63,640 nt of DNA, filler included, from Licmophora abbreviata (GCA_900291995.1; 9 parts of 9 records of this genome joined end to end with filler, not necessarily neighbours in it), one strand, 5' to 3'; positions 14,389 to 26,175 are shown, numbered from the whole stretch's first letter. The notes: generated from the letters alone by a model not told the origin. Program-made: numbers and translations.

Positions 14389-15807
14389 ATGGCGTCGCCA
14401 CCGGGAACCATAGGCCTTGTCTGTGCCTTGAGCAACGATCCCGATCACGACATAAGGAGTGTTGTACACGACAATCACAATGATTCTGCAAAATTCGCAT
14501 GGTTGCATCCGGAGGAGGGCAAGAAATCGTCCTTTTGCCTTGATGCGAACGACAAGACGACGCACGGAGACACAAGCAGCACCATGAGTATCGACAAACC
14601 AGCTCATGTCTTGATTGAATGTCTTCCAACATCTCCATCAAACGGAAACATGGCACGACCCCTTTCCTTTCGTTTCGGTGGCATGGAAGTGACGAGTAAT
14701 GCACGAAATGTCGAAGCGTACGTAGTAACAACGGATGACAAGGAAGACTACCTGTTGACAGCGCGGGGTGTACCACTCGACAACGACGACAAGGATCATC
14801 TGCACAAGTCGATAATCATTGGTCCATCTGGTCCGCTAACTATTATCAGGCTGCATCTCAAGCTCTTGTCCCTGCGGCCGGCCAAGTGCACGCGGGCTAC
14901 GTTGACATCCATGGTGATCAAGGGGAAGCTGCCTGACTTGGGAGACGTGACAAAGGATGGTGCCCCTGATCGATTGACGGTAGGGGGTAGCAATTTAGTC
15001 GATGCAGCTACTGCTACCGGGGTTGGGATCTCCTCGGTGCCGCCACTCAATACCGCTGTTGCGCCTGCAGCATCGGCGGTGCCTTTGACAAAAGATGACA
15101 TATCTGCCGCCATGACGGGCATGTCGTTGATGGTCAAGGGTGTGGAAAGTCGTATACAACAAACGGTACGACAACAGGCACAGTTGCTCGAAACGCGAAT
15201 GACGGCACAGATACAACAGCATCAGTCGGAGTCAATGGCGAAACTGTTGCAACAACAACAAGATATGAATGAGCAACAGCAGCAGCGCACTGTAGCAATA
15301 ATAGCACAAGAAGAAAGAAACAAACAAGAAGAAGAACGAATGTCAGAAGGAATATTGAATCGTTTTCAGGAGAGACAAGACAAGTCGTTATCAGTTTTCT
15401 TGGAACGACAACAGGAGCAACTGGAGCAGCAGAGCGAGACGATTCGACAACTCCAGACGCAACAAACCGAGCTCGTATCTGTCCTTCAGTCTTTGCAGAC
15501 GCAGATTGCGAGAGTTTCGACACAGCTATCGCCCATGAGTGTTGCGTCGACCAACTTTGACCATTCCTTGACGGTTGCTGGTAGTTCAGGAGTTAATCGG
15601 GTGGCAGATTGTGAAGAGGCTGAACCCGAACGCTCTGTTGATCGGACGGCTGAAGCGGAGTCAAGCCATGTAGAGGCAGAGACTCCTTTTCCGGAAGAGG
15701 AAATGTCGCCAAAAGGATTCGTCATGGAACGCCGAGATGATCCGGTCGATATTCCGGACCTCACGCCTGTCCCTGATCAAGACTTGCTTGGACTGGACGG
15801 CTCATAG
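14389..15807 (+). CDS. Hypothetical protein; N-terminal half resembles C10orf88/PAAT, followed by a Gln-rich coiled coil
   Basis: EVTSNARNVEAYV...EDYLLTARG...LHLKLLSL recalls the PAAT motif SSARNMEVY...EEYCGTSRG...KIKLLS (from memory); start could be 14335. Confidence 0.6.
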   Translation: MASPPGTIGLVCALSNDPDHDIRSVVHDNHNDSAKFAWLHPEEGKKSSFCLDANDKTTHGDTSSTMSIDKPAHVLIECLPTSPSNGNMARPLSFRFGGMEVTSNARNVEAYVVTTDDKEDYLLTARGVPLDNDDKDHLHKSIIIGPSGPLTIIRLHLKLLSLRPAKCTRATLTSMVIKGKLPDLGDVTKDGAPDRLTVGGSNLVDAATATGVGISSVPPLNTAVAPAASAVPLTKDDISAAMTGMSLMVKGVESRIQQTVRQQAQLLETRMTAQIQQHQSESMAKLLQQQQDMNEQQQQRTVAIIAQEERNKQEEERMSEGILNRFQERQDKSLSVFLERQQEQLEQQSETIRQLQTQQTELVSVLQSLQTQIARVSTQLSPMSVASTNFDHSLTVAGSSGVNRVADCEEAEPERSVDRTAEAESSHVEAETPFPEEEMSPKGFVMERRDDPVDIPDLTPVPDQDLLGLDGS

Positions 15808-16112
15808 CAAATGTCGCGCTAACCCAGCTTATCCTGAAGTACAGTGTAACCTTTCTTCCAACTTGAGTCAAGTCACTTGCGCTAGCGCGTCCCTCCATGA
15901 GGAACAACACAGTGACGGTACCCCAGATCGAGGTGACGTACAGACGGAAGCACAGATCTCGACAGGACGACGAGCAACGCGATGAGACGACGATCGCGAC
16001 CACAGCGAGAAAGTAAACTAAGGAGCCACACATCGGCAATAGATACCGTCGATAGTTAAGACGTCGCTTCAGCGTCGTCCTGTACACTCCATCTAGCTCC
16101 ACCCCGCTCATA

Positions 16113-17627
16113 ATGAACATAGACGACCTCCTAGCTTCGTTCGAATCTCTGAAAATTCCAAAAACGCACGCAACGGTCGGCCTTTCGAATGTCGTGGCGG
16201 CTCACAAGCACTACCGTTCGTTGTTTGTCAATCGCCGACTTCCAGATGATGGCTGGAGCGATGTGGAGATTCAAAGCTTCCTATTGTTGCTATCGACACT
16301 TGATACCAACAACAAGACTGTGTCAAGTTTGAATCAAAGCGACACGACGCGGTGGTGTGGTGTCGGAGAGCGAGAAGGTCGCGTATACTCTTCGCTCGTA
16401 GCGCATCGACACTTTGGCCTCAGTCATGGCATGGGACGTAGTGGGGACATTACAGAACCGCAGCCAAAGGCGGTGGGGAGTAGCGTCTTGGTCAAGATAA
16501 CATTGCTACTGGCGCTGGATGCTGTGAGACGAGGAAGTGGACTGGACACGAAAGGGCCGGCGGCGCACGGCATCCTGTTACCCTTGTGTACCGGTATGAG
16601 CATGTCGCTGGTGTTGAGCGCTCTGAGAGAACAGCAAACGAATAGTGACAAGACGAAAAACGTTGTGCTATGGAGTCGGATTGATCAGAAGAGCTGTTTC
16701 AAGGCTGTTCAGGCTGCAGGTCTCGTCTGCGTAGTGATCCCAACACGGATAGATGGCGACGAGGTGGTGACAAATACTGACGCTTTGGGGCGGTGTATGA
16801 ACGCGTACAAGGGTCGTGTCCTGGCTGTGATTACTACCACATCGTGTTTCGCTCCTCGGGTACCAGACCAAGTTGACGAAGTGGCGAGGTTGTGTCAGCA
16901 ACAACAAGTAGCTCACGTCATCAACAACGCGTACGGCCTGCAGTGCAGGCGAACGAGCAAGCTCATCAATCGGGCATGTGTTGTAGGTCGAGTCGATGCC
17001 ATCATCTGCTCGACAGACAAGAATTTTCTCGTACCCGTCGGTGGCGCCATTGTTCTGTCGCCAGGGGACGATGTTATTCGAAGTGTGGGCAAAGTTTATG
17101 CTGGAAGAGCGTCTTCCGCGCCGGTAGTAGATCTTTTGATTACCCTGCTATCGATGGGATTGAATGGATACAATCGATTGTTGTCGGAGCGAGAAGCATG
17201 TTTGAAAAGTTTCCGGGATAATCTGATCGAAATCGCAGAGAAGCATGGAGAACGACTCATTCGTTGTCCATCCAATTCGATATCGTACGGCATTACTCTC
17301 GACAGTCTAGGTCGCGAGAAGGAAGACGGCGAGTCCGATGAAGAATACTGCAAGTCTATTGGTAAGAGCATATCCTATTTTGGCTCCATGCTATTCAAAC
17401 GCTGTGTGAGCGGCACGCGCGTGGTCCCACGTGGAGAGACCAAGGCGATGGGCGGAACCACCTTTGAAGGATTTGGAAGCTCCACCAACGCGTACCCCCA
17501 CGCATACATGACAGCGGCTTGTGCCATCGGAGTAAGAAGAAGCGAAGTGACGGAGTTCTTTTCTCGATTGGACAAAACGTTGAAGGAGTTCAAGGCGAAG
17601 AAAAAGGTGGTAAAAGTCGATTGCTAG
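16113..17627 (+). CDS. SEPSECS: O-phosphoseryl-tRNA(Sec) selenium transferase
   Basis: Intronless 504 aa; GVGEREGR, HGMGRSGDI.EPQPKA.GSS, WSRIDQKSCFK, TTSCFAPR, HVINNAYG, STDKNF (PLP lysine), Y.GRAS. Confidence 0.96.
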   Translation: MNIDDLLASFESLKIPKTHATVGLSNVVAAHKHYRSLFVNRRLPDDGWSDVEIQSFLLLLSTLDTNNKTVSSLNQSDTTRWCGVGEREGRVYSSLVAHRHFGLSHGMGRSGDITEPQPKAVGSSVLVKITLLLALDAVRRGSGLDTKGPAAHGILLPLCTGMSMSLVLSALREQQTNSDKTKNVVLWSRIDQKSCFKAVQAAGLVCVVIPTRIDGDEVVTNTDALGRCMNAYKGRVLAVITTTSCFAPRVPDQVDEVARLCQQQQVAHVINNAYGLQCRRTSKLINRACVVGRVDAIICSTDKNFLVPVGGAIVLSPGDDVIRSVGKVYAGRASSAPVVDLLITLLSMGLNGYNRLLSEREACLKSFRDNLIEIAEKHGERLIRCPSNSISYGITLDSLGREKEDGESDEEYCKSIGKSISYFGSMLFKRCVSGTRVVPRGETKAMGGTTFEGFGSSTNAYPHAYMTAACAIGVRRSEVTEFFSRLDKTLKEFKAKKKVVKVDC

Positions 17628-17667
17628 TATTTATCTCTCAAAACCGGTATCTCCCCACGTACTATGC

Positions 17668-18231
17668 CTAGGCTTCCACAAGCTCAGGCTCTTGAACAGT
17701 CTCTTCCTCAACAGCCTCGACTTCAGCTGCGGCATCCGTCTCTTCAGCAGCAGCTTCCTCTTCAGCTGCCGCCGCTTCGGCGGCAACACGCTCCTCCTCC
17801 TTGACCTGGATGAAGGCGTTCTGCTTCACCCGTCGCTTCTCAGTAGCCTTGGCGTCCAGTGCGTATCCCTCCGGAACCGCGAGACCAAGCGCCTTCGCCT
17901 GCACGGCAATACGCTTCATCGACTTGGCATAAATGGTTACGCCGGCGTCGTTGAGAAGGAAGGGCTCAATGTCGCTCAAAGTTTGAGAAAAGTTCTCGGC
18001 AGTCAACTGGGAGACAGCGTTGCGGACCTCCGGGATGGTCTTGCCTGAGGATGGACGAGGGGTAGCACGAACAGCCTCGACTTCGGAAGATTCTTCGGTG
18101 GGTTCTTCCTCGGACATGAACAGAGATGTTTTGCAGGTCTTGGAGACAACGCCGAAGGAAGGAGTCGTAGTGAAAGCGCTAGCACCGCCGACAAGGGCGG
18201 TGACACATAGAGCGTAGGCGATACGAACCAT
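17668..18231 (-). CDS. Hypothetical plastid-targeted protein
   Basis: Signal peptide ending GASAF, transit-like segment, acidic Ala/Glu tail. Confidence 0.8.
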   Translation of the reverse strand: MVRIAYALCVTALVGGASAFTTTPSFGVVSKTCKTSLFMSEEEPTEESSEVEAVRATPRPSSGKTIPEVRNAVSQLTAENFSQTLSDIEPFLLNDAGVTIYAKSMKRIAVQAKALGLAVPEGYALDAKATEKRRVKQNAFIQVKEEERVAAEAAAAEEEAAAEETDAAAEVEAVEEETVQEPELVEA

Positions 18232-18523
18232 GATGGACCTGAAGGAGAAGGGATATTTCTTGTTCTGTTGGGCAGAAGTGCGTTGATGTGTGCTCAGAAC
18301 ATCAGAGTCTCACGTGCCACATCGGGTGGCTGATGATTCAGCAAAAAGTGACGGCAGATTCACTGTTTGGTTGGCGTACGCTGCTTCCATAAGTGACCGA
18401 TGTCTCTGCGACATGATGTAGTCGAGTCGAGTGAGTCGTGTCGGTGGCAAGTTTTGCGGCGCGCCAAACTCGAGTATCTCATCACCTTTCCATGGCCGTG
18501 CGTGCACATAGAGCGACACAACA

Positions 18524-19015
18524 ATGAAGCGTCCCATTGAGACGACCGTAACCATGTTCTCTCTCTGCGACACTCGCGTTCCCTACAGCTCCTTCAAGAA
18601 AGTCTCGGCTGCAGCACAGAGTCGCGAAGATCATGCGAAGGTTCTTTTCGATTCCGTCAAAAAGGACTTTGAAGATGCCAATGACGATACTAGCATGGAC
18701 ATCGGCGATACGTACACGATCGAACTCCTCCAGGCGAGTCACCACCTCACGAAAGACACATGGAGAAGCTTTCGCAAGTACGTCCTGAACTACGATGGGT
18801 GGTCCACCAAGCGCCGTGTGGCGACGGAGGAAGAAAAGAAGGCCAGCGGCGAGACACGCAAGGGCCCCGTGTACTTTACTAGCGTCAGCTTCACCAAGTA
18901 CAAGTCTCCCCGAGAACAGGACGATGCTCTCCATGTCACCAAGAGACTCAAGATCTCCGGAGAAGAAGAGAGTGTGCTCGCCGACTTGACCAACACGACG
19001 AGCACTGCCGTGTAG
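18524..19015 (+). CDS. Hypothetical protein
   Basis: 163-aa ATG-started ORF with C/G-ending codon bias; no family recognised. Confidence 0.65.
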   Translation: MKRPIETTVTMFSLCDTRVPYSSFKKVSAAAQSREDHAKVLFDSVKKDFEDANDDTSMDIGDTYTIELLQASHHLTKDTWRSFRKYVLNYDGWSTKRRVATEEEKKASGETRKGPVYFTSVSFTKYKSPREQDDALHVTKRLKISGEEESVLADLTNTTSTAV

Positions 19016-19125
19016 GGAGAACCTTCCCTATCTCCTGGAGGGCTTCTACGATTGTGTTCACGGGACGGCACCGTCTTCATGGCATCTCCCATGTACCTAC
19101 GTAGAGTTCTTTGCCAGTAGATGTC

Positions 19126-19225
19126 NNNNNNNNNNNNNNNNNNNNNNNNNNNNNNNNNNNNNNNNNNNNTTAATTAATTAANNNNNNNNNNNNNNNNNNN
19201 NNNNNNNNNNNNNNNNNNNNNNNNN
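19126..19225. other. Assembly gap spacer
   Basis: Same linker; the flanks 19093-19125 and 19226-19258 are identical (33 nt overlap). Confidence 0.97.
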
Positions 19226-19320
19226 GTACCTACGTAGAGTTCTTTGCCAGTAGATGTCTCTTTACTTTCTAGTGCACTATCGATCTCGAACCCAGGTCCT
19301 ATTGTGGCTCATAGCGAGTG

Positions 19321-20967
19321 TTACAATCGTGACCGAATCTTCGGTGATTCTGTCATCTTTTCGGGAGTAGAGTCTAGTCTTTCAACTTCTTTCCCGCCTT
19401 CTGTGTGTTCAGTATGCATCTTTTCCGAAACTTTCGTGTGTCGCGAGCGAAGTACAGCATCAATAAAATCTGTGGTAGCTGTATCAGCCCAACTCGTTCC
19501 GAATCCAAACATGTTGTTCGTATCCGGTGGAGATTCTTGCCACCCCAGGTGACCACCACATTTCGTCTTGACCACCATAACATTGGGATTGAACAGTGCG
19601 TAGTTCAGCTTCCGCAGGGATCCTTGATAAACGATAAAGTCGTCCTGAGACGTTAGCTGCAACAGTGGCACAGGCACGTGCGGAACAAATCGAAACGAGC
19701 TCGCGTCTGCCCAGTACTCCTCTCCACTCTCGTACCCAATGCTTGTCGCAAACGGGTAGAAGGGATCATTCCGGATGAAAATGGGAGCCATGGCTTTGTC
19801 AAACTCGCCGATCGTGCCGGCAAGCAGTGCTTTGCCAATGGCAGACTGAAACTCAGAACTCTTCATCGGAAGCATGTTTCGAATATTCAGAAGCAGATCT
19901 TTCCGAGCACCGAGGCCAAGGAGTCGATCCCAAGGAAACTTGAGATGCCCCGAATGAATGTGTAAAGGATTGCCAAGACTAACGCCTCCCGCTATACACT
20001 CGGGCAATGTCCCGCTCAAGCCTTCCTCTCCCAGATACTTGGTCACGAGGTTGGCTCCAAGACTGTTCCCCACTAAGAAGAGTGGAGTCGCCTTGTCCAT
20101 CCGCGCTGTTATGTTCTGTACCACGCATCGCAAGTCTCCGGTATATGCTCCTGTGTAGCCACGTGGTGTCGTTACTGGAGAATGTCCGCACCCTCTAAAA
20201 TTCATACCGACAGCAAGCCACCCTCGCTTCGTACATGCCCTCATCAACGATCGAATGTACCCAAAACTTGCGTCGTTGTTGATTCCATGCAGAATCAACA
20301 CGATCGGCTGTGTAATAGGGCCTTTCAGGGTCTGTTCCTTCCTCTCTGTCGTAGATCCAGGGGAGTATTCGTCAGCTGCGGGCAGCTCCCAGTCGAGTGC
20401 CACCGTGGCGCCATCTTGACTCATGGTCAGCAGCTGACGAAAGCGCGGATAGTCGCTAGACTCATGCGGTCCGCCCACCAAATACGCCATCGAGCTTGCT
20501 ACGACGCTTCGCGTACCCACGAACAAGCTCGGCAGAATCCGTCGAGTCAAGATGGAATCCTTGGTCCGGGTCAAGTAGCGATAGATTGGAGCCATGGCTT
20601 CCGAGTCGAACTGCCCATACACCAATGGAGGACACGCCAAACTCCACTGGAGATAACTTTCATACATTGCTGTCATAGCTCCTATTGACGACAATAAGAC
20701 AGCCCATCCACTGGGTGTCTTTGGCAATGCCTCTTCGATGGAAGATCTTCGACGGACCAATTCTTGCGAGAAGCGTCTAGAAACTCGACGTGACAGCCTG
20801 TTAACGGTCGACGACTCACGATGATCCATCGCCCCGTTCGTTCGACGATCGAGCTCTTCTTCTTTTTCTTCTTCTACACGATGCTGCTCCTCCCCCGGGT
20901 TCATCGTCCTTTGCTCGATTTCGTCGACGTTATTGTCTTCTGAATTTGGATTTGGATTTGGCGGCAT
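19321..20967 (-). CDS. Alpha/beta hydrolase of the ABHD1/2/3-YheT family (lipase/esterase)
   Basis: DGATVALDW, LILHGI, NFRGCG, nucleophile GNSLG, VPLLQL..DD, GGHLGW. Confidence 0.9.
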   Translation of the reverse strand: MPPNPNPNSEDNNVDEIEQRTMNPGEEQHRVEEEKEEELDRRTNGAMDHRESSTVNRLSRRVSRRFSQELVRRRSSIEEALPKTPSGWAVLLSSIGAMTAMYESYLQWSLACPPLVYGQFDSEAMAPIYRYLTRTKDSILTRRILPSLFVGTRSVVASSMAYLVGGPHESSDYPRFRQLLTMSQDGATVALDWELPAADEYSPGSTTERKEQTLKGPITQPIVLILHGINNDASFGYIRSLMRACTKRGWLAVGMNFRGCGHSPVTTPRGYTGAYTGDLRCVVQNITARMDKATPLFLVGNSLGANLVTKYLGEEGLSGTLPECIAGGVSLGNPLHIHSGHLKFPWDRLLGLGARKDLLLNIRNMLPMKSSEFQSAIGKALLAGTIGEFDKAMAPIFIRNDPFYPFATSIGYESGEEYWADASSFRFVPHVPVPLLQLTSQDDFIVYQGSLRKLNYALFNPNVMVVKTKCGGHLGWQESPPDTNNMFGFGTSWADTATTDFIDAVLRSRHTKVSEKMHTEHTEGGKEVERLDSTPEKMTESPKIRSRL

Positions 20968-21359
20968 GGTCGTTGCGGAGAAATTCTTCTTAGCAGTCAA
21001 AGATAGTCAATGGTGGATCCGTATCTTTTGCACACAGAACCATGAAGGATCAACAGTGTGGAAAGTGAAAGTGAAAGCAGCCATCAGGTTTTTTTCTGTG
21101 GCCATCGTCAAAGTTGAAATTGAAAGATCGCTGATGGCGCGCGTATGGAGTCGTCGTCTGGCCGCCTACAATCGAACGCGCTAAGACCTTTCCTGGTACA
21201 GTCTTTATAGCTAGACATCCACACATTCAACACAGGTAACGGCACCGCAGTCCAACTAAAAATGAGATAGGTACTAGATCAACAGTGGCGAAATACCGTT
21301 TATCAGGGACTGTGACATGCGAGAAGTCTCAGAAGTCGGACGGCTACGCGCATTGGTAT

Positions 21360-22396
21360 TCATTCTTCCCAACAGCTGTTCCAAGTCAAGGTCTCGCCAT
21401 CGTCATCGTTGTTTCTCGTCATGGGAGAGTAGTACGTCAACTGAAGAATCGTCTGCGCCACGATGCTATCTTCCGAGCGAAGGATCCCCTTCCAGTGACT
21501 TCGACACGCCCATCGGACGTGATGCGTTAGCTTCCGAATTGTCTGATGCCATGCAAAGGCAGTTCGGAAGTTGAGATTCAACAAGCCAATCAACGCACAT
21601 GCAACAACGGCCAGAATCTCCACCACCAAAGTGCTAACAAACGTGAGGATAAGCAGAACCAGGTCAAATGTAAAGAAGCAGATGGCTGCTGCAAAGAAGA
21701 GGGGAAGGGTGACAATCTGAATCACGACCCACGCGATTGGTGGCACAGATCAACAGGACGCGTCGCATTCATGACGAAATGAAAACCATGCTTCAGCACA
21801 ATGAGCACAAGACTTATAAGTTCGATGGCGAGCGTGGTCGCAAGGGCTGATAGCAAGAGAGCATAGCCTAAGACACCATCAATAAGACCAACGCAAGGAG
21901 GAACATGCGTCGCCTCTTTTGGAACAACTACCTCATTCGGAACTGGGACTGCATGAGTCACGAAAACTTCGTCCTTCACATCTTGACCTTCTAGGTTGGT
22001 CACCTCCTCAAAGACGGTCTGCCAAGGATTATTTTCGACAAAGAAACGAGGATCAATGGACACTTCGGCATTCTCAGGGTGCAATGTCGCGATCCATGTG
22101 ACGAACGAAGAGTCCGGATTCTGTTCCAAGTGATGCCTGAGATGATCCCGAATAAGCTCAGTCCCCCGTTGTCGGGCATCTGCCGCCAGTTGCGCCGCCT
22201 GAACATGACCGCGTGATGCATTTGGACTTCCCTCCTCCTCCTCCTCATCGTCGTTAGAGGCTGGTAACAACACTTGAACGACCGCCTGAGCGTCCACCCC
22301 CACCACGGATGACATCGTTTGCTCCGTCTGAGAGTCTACCGACGCTTGTGCTGGGTCATCCTCTGTGTTCTCTGGTGAACAGGAGTTCTCCGTCAT
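21360..22396 (-). CDS. Hypothetical membrane protein (apparent frameshift near 21748)
   Basis: ORF 21722-22441 (WIATLHPENA motif, TM segment) overlaps ORF 21360-21746 (more TM helices) with no room for an intron. Confidence 0.6.
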
Positions 22397-22698
22397 GTTC
22401 GTAGTATCCTTCCAATCTTGCGATCTAAGAGGTGCTCGCATCTCACAGACGAAATCGCATCAACCAATCTCAGTTTGAAACACGATCCATCTCTCTCGGA
22501 AAGCTAAAGAGTTCGAGAGCTCGCACATTGGAACCATTGGGAATTCTATGTAGATCGTCTCGCCGCCGCTCGTATGTTCAATGTATAATGTATGATACGC
22601 CTCGTCACAAAAAATCGGCGCCTCCACCAAATTTCGAACTGCGAGAGTGAACACTGTATCGCATCCATCATCATCAACGCGTTGCTCCTTCACTGACC

Positions 22699-24538
22699 AT
22701 GTATCGAACGTTCTCTCGAGCTGCTGCGGCATCACATGCAAGTGCAGCCGCTGACAAGGTTGTTGTACTTGGGAGCGGCTGGGGTGGCTTTCAGCTGGCG
22801 TTGAATATGAAAAAACACGTCCCATTGACCGTCATATCGCCAGCAAACCACTTTCTCTTTACTCCACTCCTTCCGTCCACGGCCGTTGGTACTCTTGAGT
22901 TTCGATGTATCCAAGAACCCGTTCGGTAAGCAGCTTGTGGTGATCTTGACATGATGATGCCTCGAGACGAGTGCTCATGAGTTGGTTGTGCGGACTCGCA
23001 TCGCACACAGCACGGTACTCGGTCCCAACAGCCGCTACCTCCAAGCCAAGGCGACGAGCCTTGACCCTGATCGAAAAACACTCCTGTGCGAGTCAATTCA
23101 CGACCAGCAGCAGTTTGAAGTCGAGTATGACAAGCTCGTCATTGCGGTCGGCGTCAAAACCAACACATTCAACATTGAATCTATAAAGGTGCGTATGCAT
23201 GCACGTCTGATGTACATCGCCCGCTTTCGACGTAAGTATACCCACGTATTTTCTCTTGGTGTCTTTCGTCGCGCAGGAAGGAAATGGCATTTACTTTCTA
23301 AAACATCTCTACCATGCACGAAAGATTCGAAACAACATTGTTGATTCTTTCGAAAAGGCGGCCATTCCAGACATGCTGGATGACGAGCGAAAGCGACTAC
23401 TATCCTTTATCGTCGTCGGAGGAGGACCCACGTCGTGTGAGTTTGTGGCTGAACTTCATGGTGAGTATGAACGTGTGGTTTCTATCTCCAAAACAGATAG
23501 GCCATGTTATGTGCTGACCCCTACCCTTCACCCTTTGCCCAGACTTTCTTAAGAATGACGTGAGCCGATTGTATCCTGACCTCCTTCCGTTTGTGACCGT
23601 CACGCTCGTCGAGGCTGGCCCTGCGCTGCTCGGACCCTTTGACAAAGCGTTGCAGAGCTACGCCAAAAGTCTCTTCAAGAAACGAGACATAACAGTGCGG
23701 CTCGGAACAGCTGTGACGGGCGTGGAAGACTTTGAGGCGGAAGGCTATCGATACCCGGCGCGCCGCGCTCATCTCTCCGATGGATCGCACCTCGAATTCG
23801 GAACCATGGTGTGGTCAGCGGGACTGGCACCGGTCAACTTTACCAGCTCACTGGACGATACGATGGACCGCGCCAAGAATGGACGGATCTTTGTGGACGA
23901 GTACATGCGCGTCAAGGGTCATGAAGGGTCGATCTGGGCTATTGGCGATGCGGCCGTCAACGAGTCTGGCATGCCGCTTCCGCAACTAGCCCAGGTGGCG
24001 CGTCAACAGGGAATCTATCTCGCGAAGATATTCAATGGCAAACAAGGCGAAACAGACAAGGCATTCCGATTTTTTAGTTTGGGCAGCATGGCGTCGCTTG
24101 GAGATTTGAAAGGTGTCTACGACGGAACGACGGTCGGTGAACCTGGAAAAGAGATCCGCCAACCGCAGCTTACTGGATTCATGGCACTACTGTTGTGGAG
24201 ATTTGCGTACTGGGGTCGGCAAACAAGTCTTGTCAACAAAATGCTGTAAGTGCCGGTAAAATGGAAGAATTCTTTGTCGCACTGTTAACGTTCACGTTGC
24301 CTATCCATATGCTGCTTGATATTTGCTCAATCTGGAAGCTTCTTCTCTAACCTTGCTCTCCGGGCTCTTTCTCAACTCAGGATTCCAATGCACTGGTTCA
24401 AGTCGTTTGTGTTCGGACGAGGTGAGTTACGCGAAAAAGTGAACCGAGTTCCATGTATATGCTTGGGTCGTGAGGTTTATTCAACTAACGCGGCTGTCTT
24501 CCATTGTTTCTTTCGACAAAGACATTTCCCGTTTTTGA
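22699..24538 (+). CDS. Type II NAD(P)H dehydrogenase (NDH-2), mitochondrial-type
   Basis: Exons 22699-22925, 23011-23188, 23277-23460, 23543-24245, 24381-24421, 24522-24538. Motifs [48 protein letters not shown]-terminal FGRDISRF. Confidence 0.93.
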
Positions 24539-24978
24539 TGGCACTGATTGCGACTACCAACCTATCATCGCATCCACGCAGTCCTGCCTTTGATGACTAG
24601 CAGAGCTTGGTCATACTACCTGTCCGGTTTCGTACGAAGGAGGGGGGTCTATATAATGTGGTTTTCTTGTAGATAGGTCAGCGGTAGATCATTCTCATCA
24701 ACCCGACAATCACACAAAAGCAAAATGTCAAAAGTCATAAAAGTGTCCATCACCCGCGTTTCGCGCTAAGATGTTGCTGTGTGGGCACCACGAGAGAGCG
24801 CGAACTCTCGTCATTCCGTCTCCGCTGTTGCGCCGTTGCGTCACGCAACACTGATGTGCTGCTCCATGATGCTTGTAGATGATGATGTTAACAGCTGGCA
24901 GGTAGCGTTAGACGATAGGCGATACTAGCAGGAGAAGGCCCCAAAGCAACGCTTCAGGCGGAGGCTTCATTGAAGATT

Positions 24979-26175
24979 ATGGGCTCCACATCTCTTGCCG
25001 ATGCGAGCTGGGCAGAGCGGTCCGTCTTTGTCTTTTTCATGTCCCTGTGGGTAGTTTATGGTCTACTGAACCAGCTTGTAAAGTTTCGCGGCATCGAGTT
25101 CAATCCAGCTACGATTGTCTGGGTCCAGGAGGTTCTCAAGCTTGTCATTTCGGTCTGTCTATTTTTCGTTCAAGACGGAGGGCTCTTTCAGCTCTGGACC
25201 GAAGTGAGAAACCACTGGATCATGCTATGTTGGTACATGATTCCCGCAGGACTGTACGCCTTGACGGATGTATTGACTTACATCAATCTGCGATCCTTCG
25301 ATCCAGCCACCTACTATTTGTTGAGTGAAATGAAACTAGTTTTGACGGCCATGGTACACCAGGTGCTCTTTCGAAGACGTCTAAATGTCTGGCACTGGGT
25401 GGCCCTGGGAGTTATAACTTTGGGTTGCACCCTCAAGACGATCGACAGCCTAGAAGTTCAGGGGCATGCAGCTGCACCGTCGACCGCGCCCAGTACAAAT
25501 CCGACACTAATAAATTACGTCATTCTGCTCGTGCAGATCCTGGCCAGTACTGTTGCTGGAGTGTACAATGAAAAGCTCCTGAAAGACAAAGCTTCCATTG
25601 GTGTCAATCTGCAAAACATGTGCCTGTACTTGGATGGTATCATTCTGCTCACACTAGGTTTCCTTGCGGGCTTTTCGGAGCAAAGCATTGCAGAGGCGCT
25701 CGCTCCTGCGCATCTAACTGTATTGCTCAAGCAACCTGTGATTCTAGCCATGGCATGTACAATGTCGACAGCCGGTATCGTGACGAGTCGGTTTCTTATA
25801 GTGTTCGATTCTGTGAGAAAGTCCATTGCCGCGGCGCTAGTGGTGGTGGCGTTGCCATTTCTCAGTTGGCTTTTCTTTGGAACAAGTGTGACCATCAAGA
25901 TGACATTGTCCATTGCAAGCGTTGTGCTGGGCATGTACCTTTATTCCCGTCAACCCGCACCTGGGACACAAGAAGATCTGAGCGAAGGACATCAAGTTCT
26001 TCCAGAAGACGATGACAATGGCGATGCCGAGTTGTTTTTGCCTGCACTGTCGCCCATGCAGCCTCGAGAAACCTATGTCCATATAGCTCAATTTGGAACC
26101 GCCGCCGACGAAGATAGCGTCGAAATGGACCCGATGGCGACATCCGCGAAGTCGGTTCCTTTTCATATTGAGTGA
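24979..26175 (+). CDS. Nucleotide-sugar transporter (SLC35A, UDP-Gal/CMP-Sia type)
   Basis: E.LKL, Y.IPA.LYA, DPATY.LL..MK...TA, AGVYNEKLLK, LQN..LY; about ten TM helices. Confidence 0.88.
   Translation: MGSTSLADASWAERSVFVFFMSLWVVYGLLNQLVKFRGIEFNPATIVWVQEVLKLVISVCLFFVQDGGLFQLWTEVRNHWIMLCWYMIPAGLYALTDVLTYINLRSFDPATYYLLSEMKLVLTAMVHQVLFRRRLNVWHWVALGVITLGCTLKTIDSLEVQGHAAAPSTAPSTNPTLINYVILLVQILASTVAGVYNEKLLKDKASIGVNLQNMCLYLDGIILLTLGFLAGFSEQSIAEALAPAHLTVLLKQPVILAMACTMSTAGIVTSRFLIVFDSVRKSIAAALVVVALPFLSWLFFGTSVTIKMTLSIASVVLGMYLYSRQPAPGTQEDLSEGHQVLPEDDDNGDAELFLPALSPMQPRETYVHIAQFGTAADEDSVEMDPMATSAKSVPFHIE

Noticed and set aside
15737..16020. Protein-like sequence continuing after the stop of the PAAT-like gene
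   Set aside because: Could be another frameshifted tail or simply UTR; no motif decides it
21744..21775. In-frame TGT-TGA (Cys-UGA) just before the second ORF of the membrane protein, suggesting selenocysteine
   Set aside because: The upstream TM-coding sequence is in another frame; a single missing base explains the join better, and no SECIS was recognised
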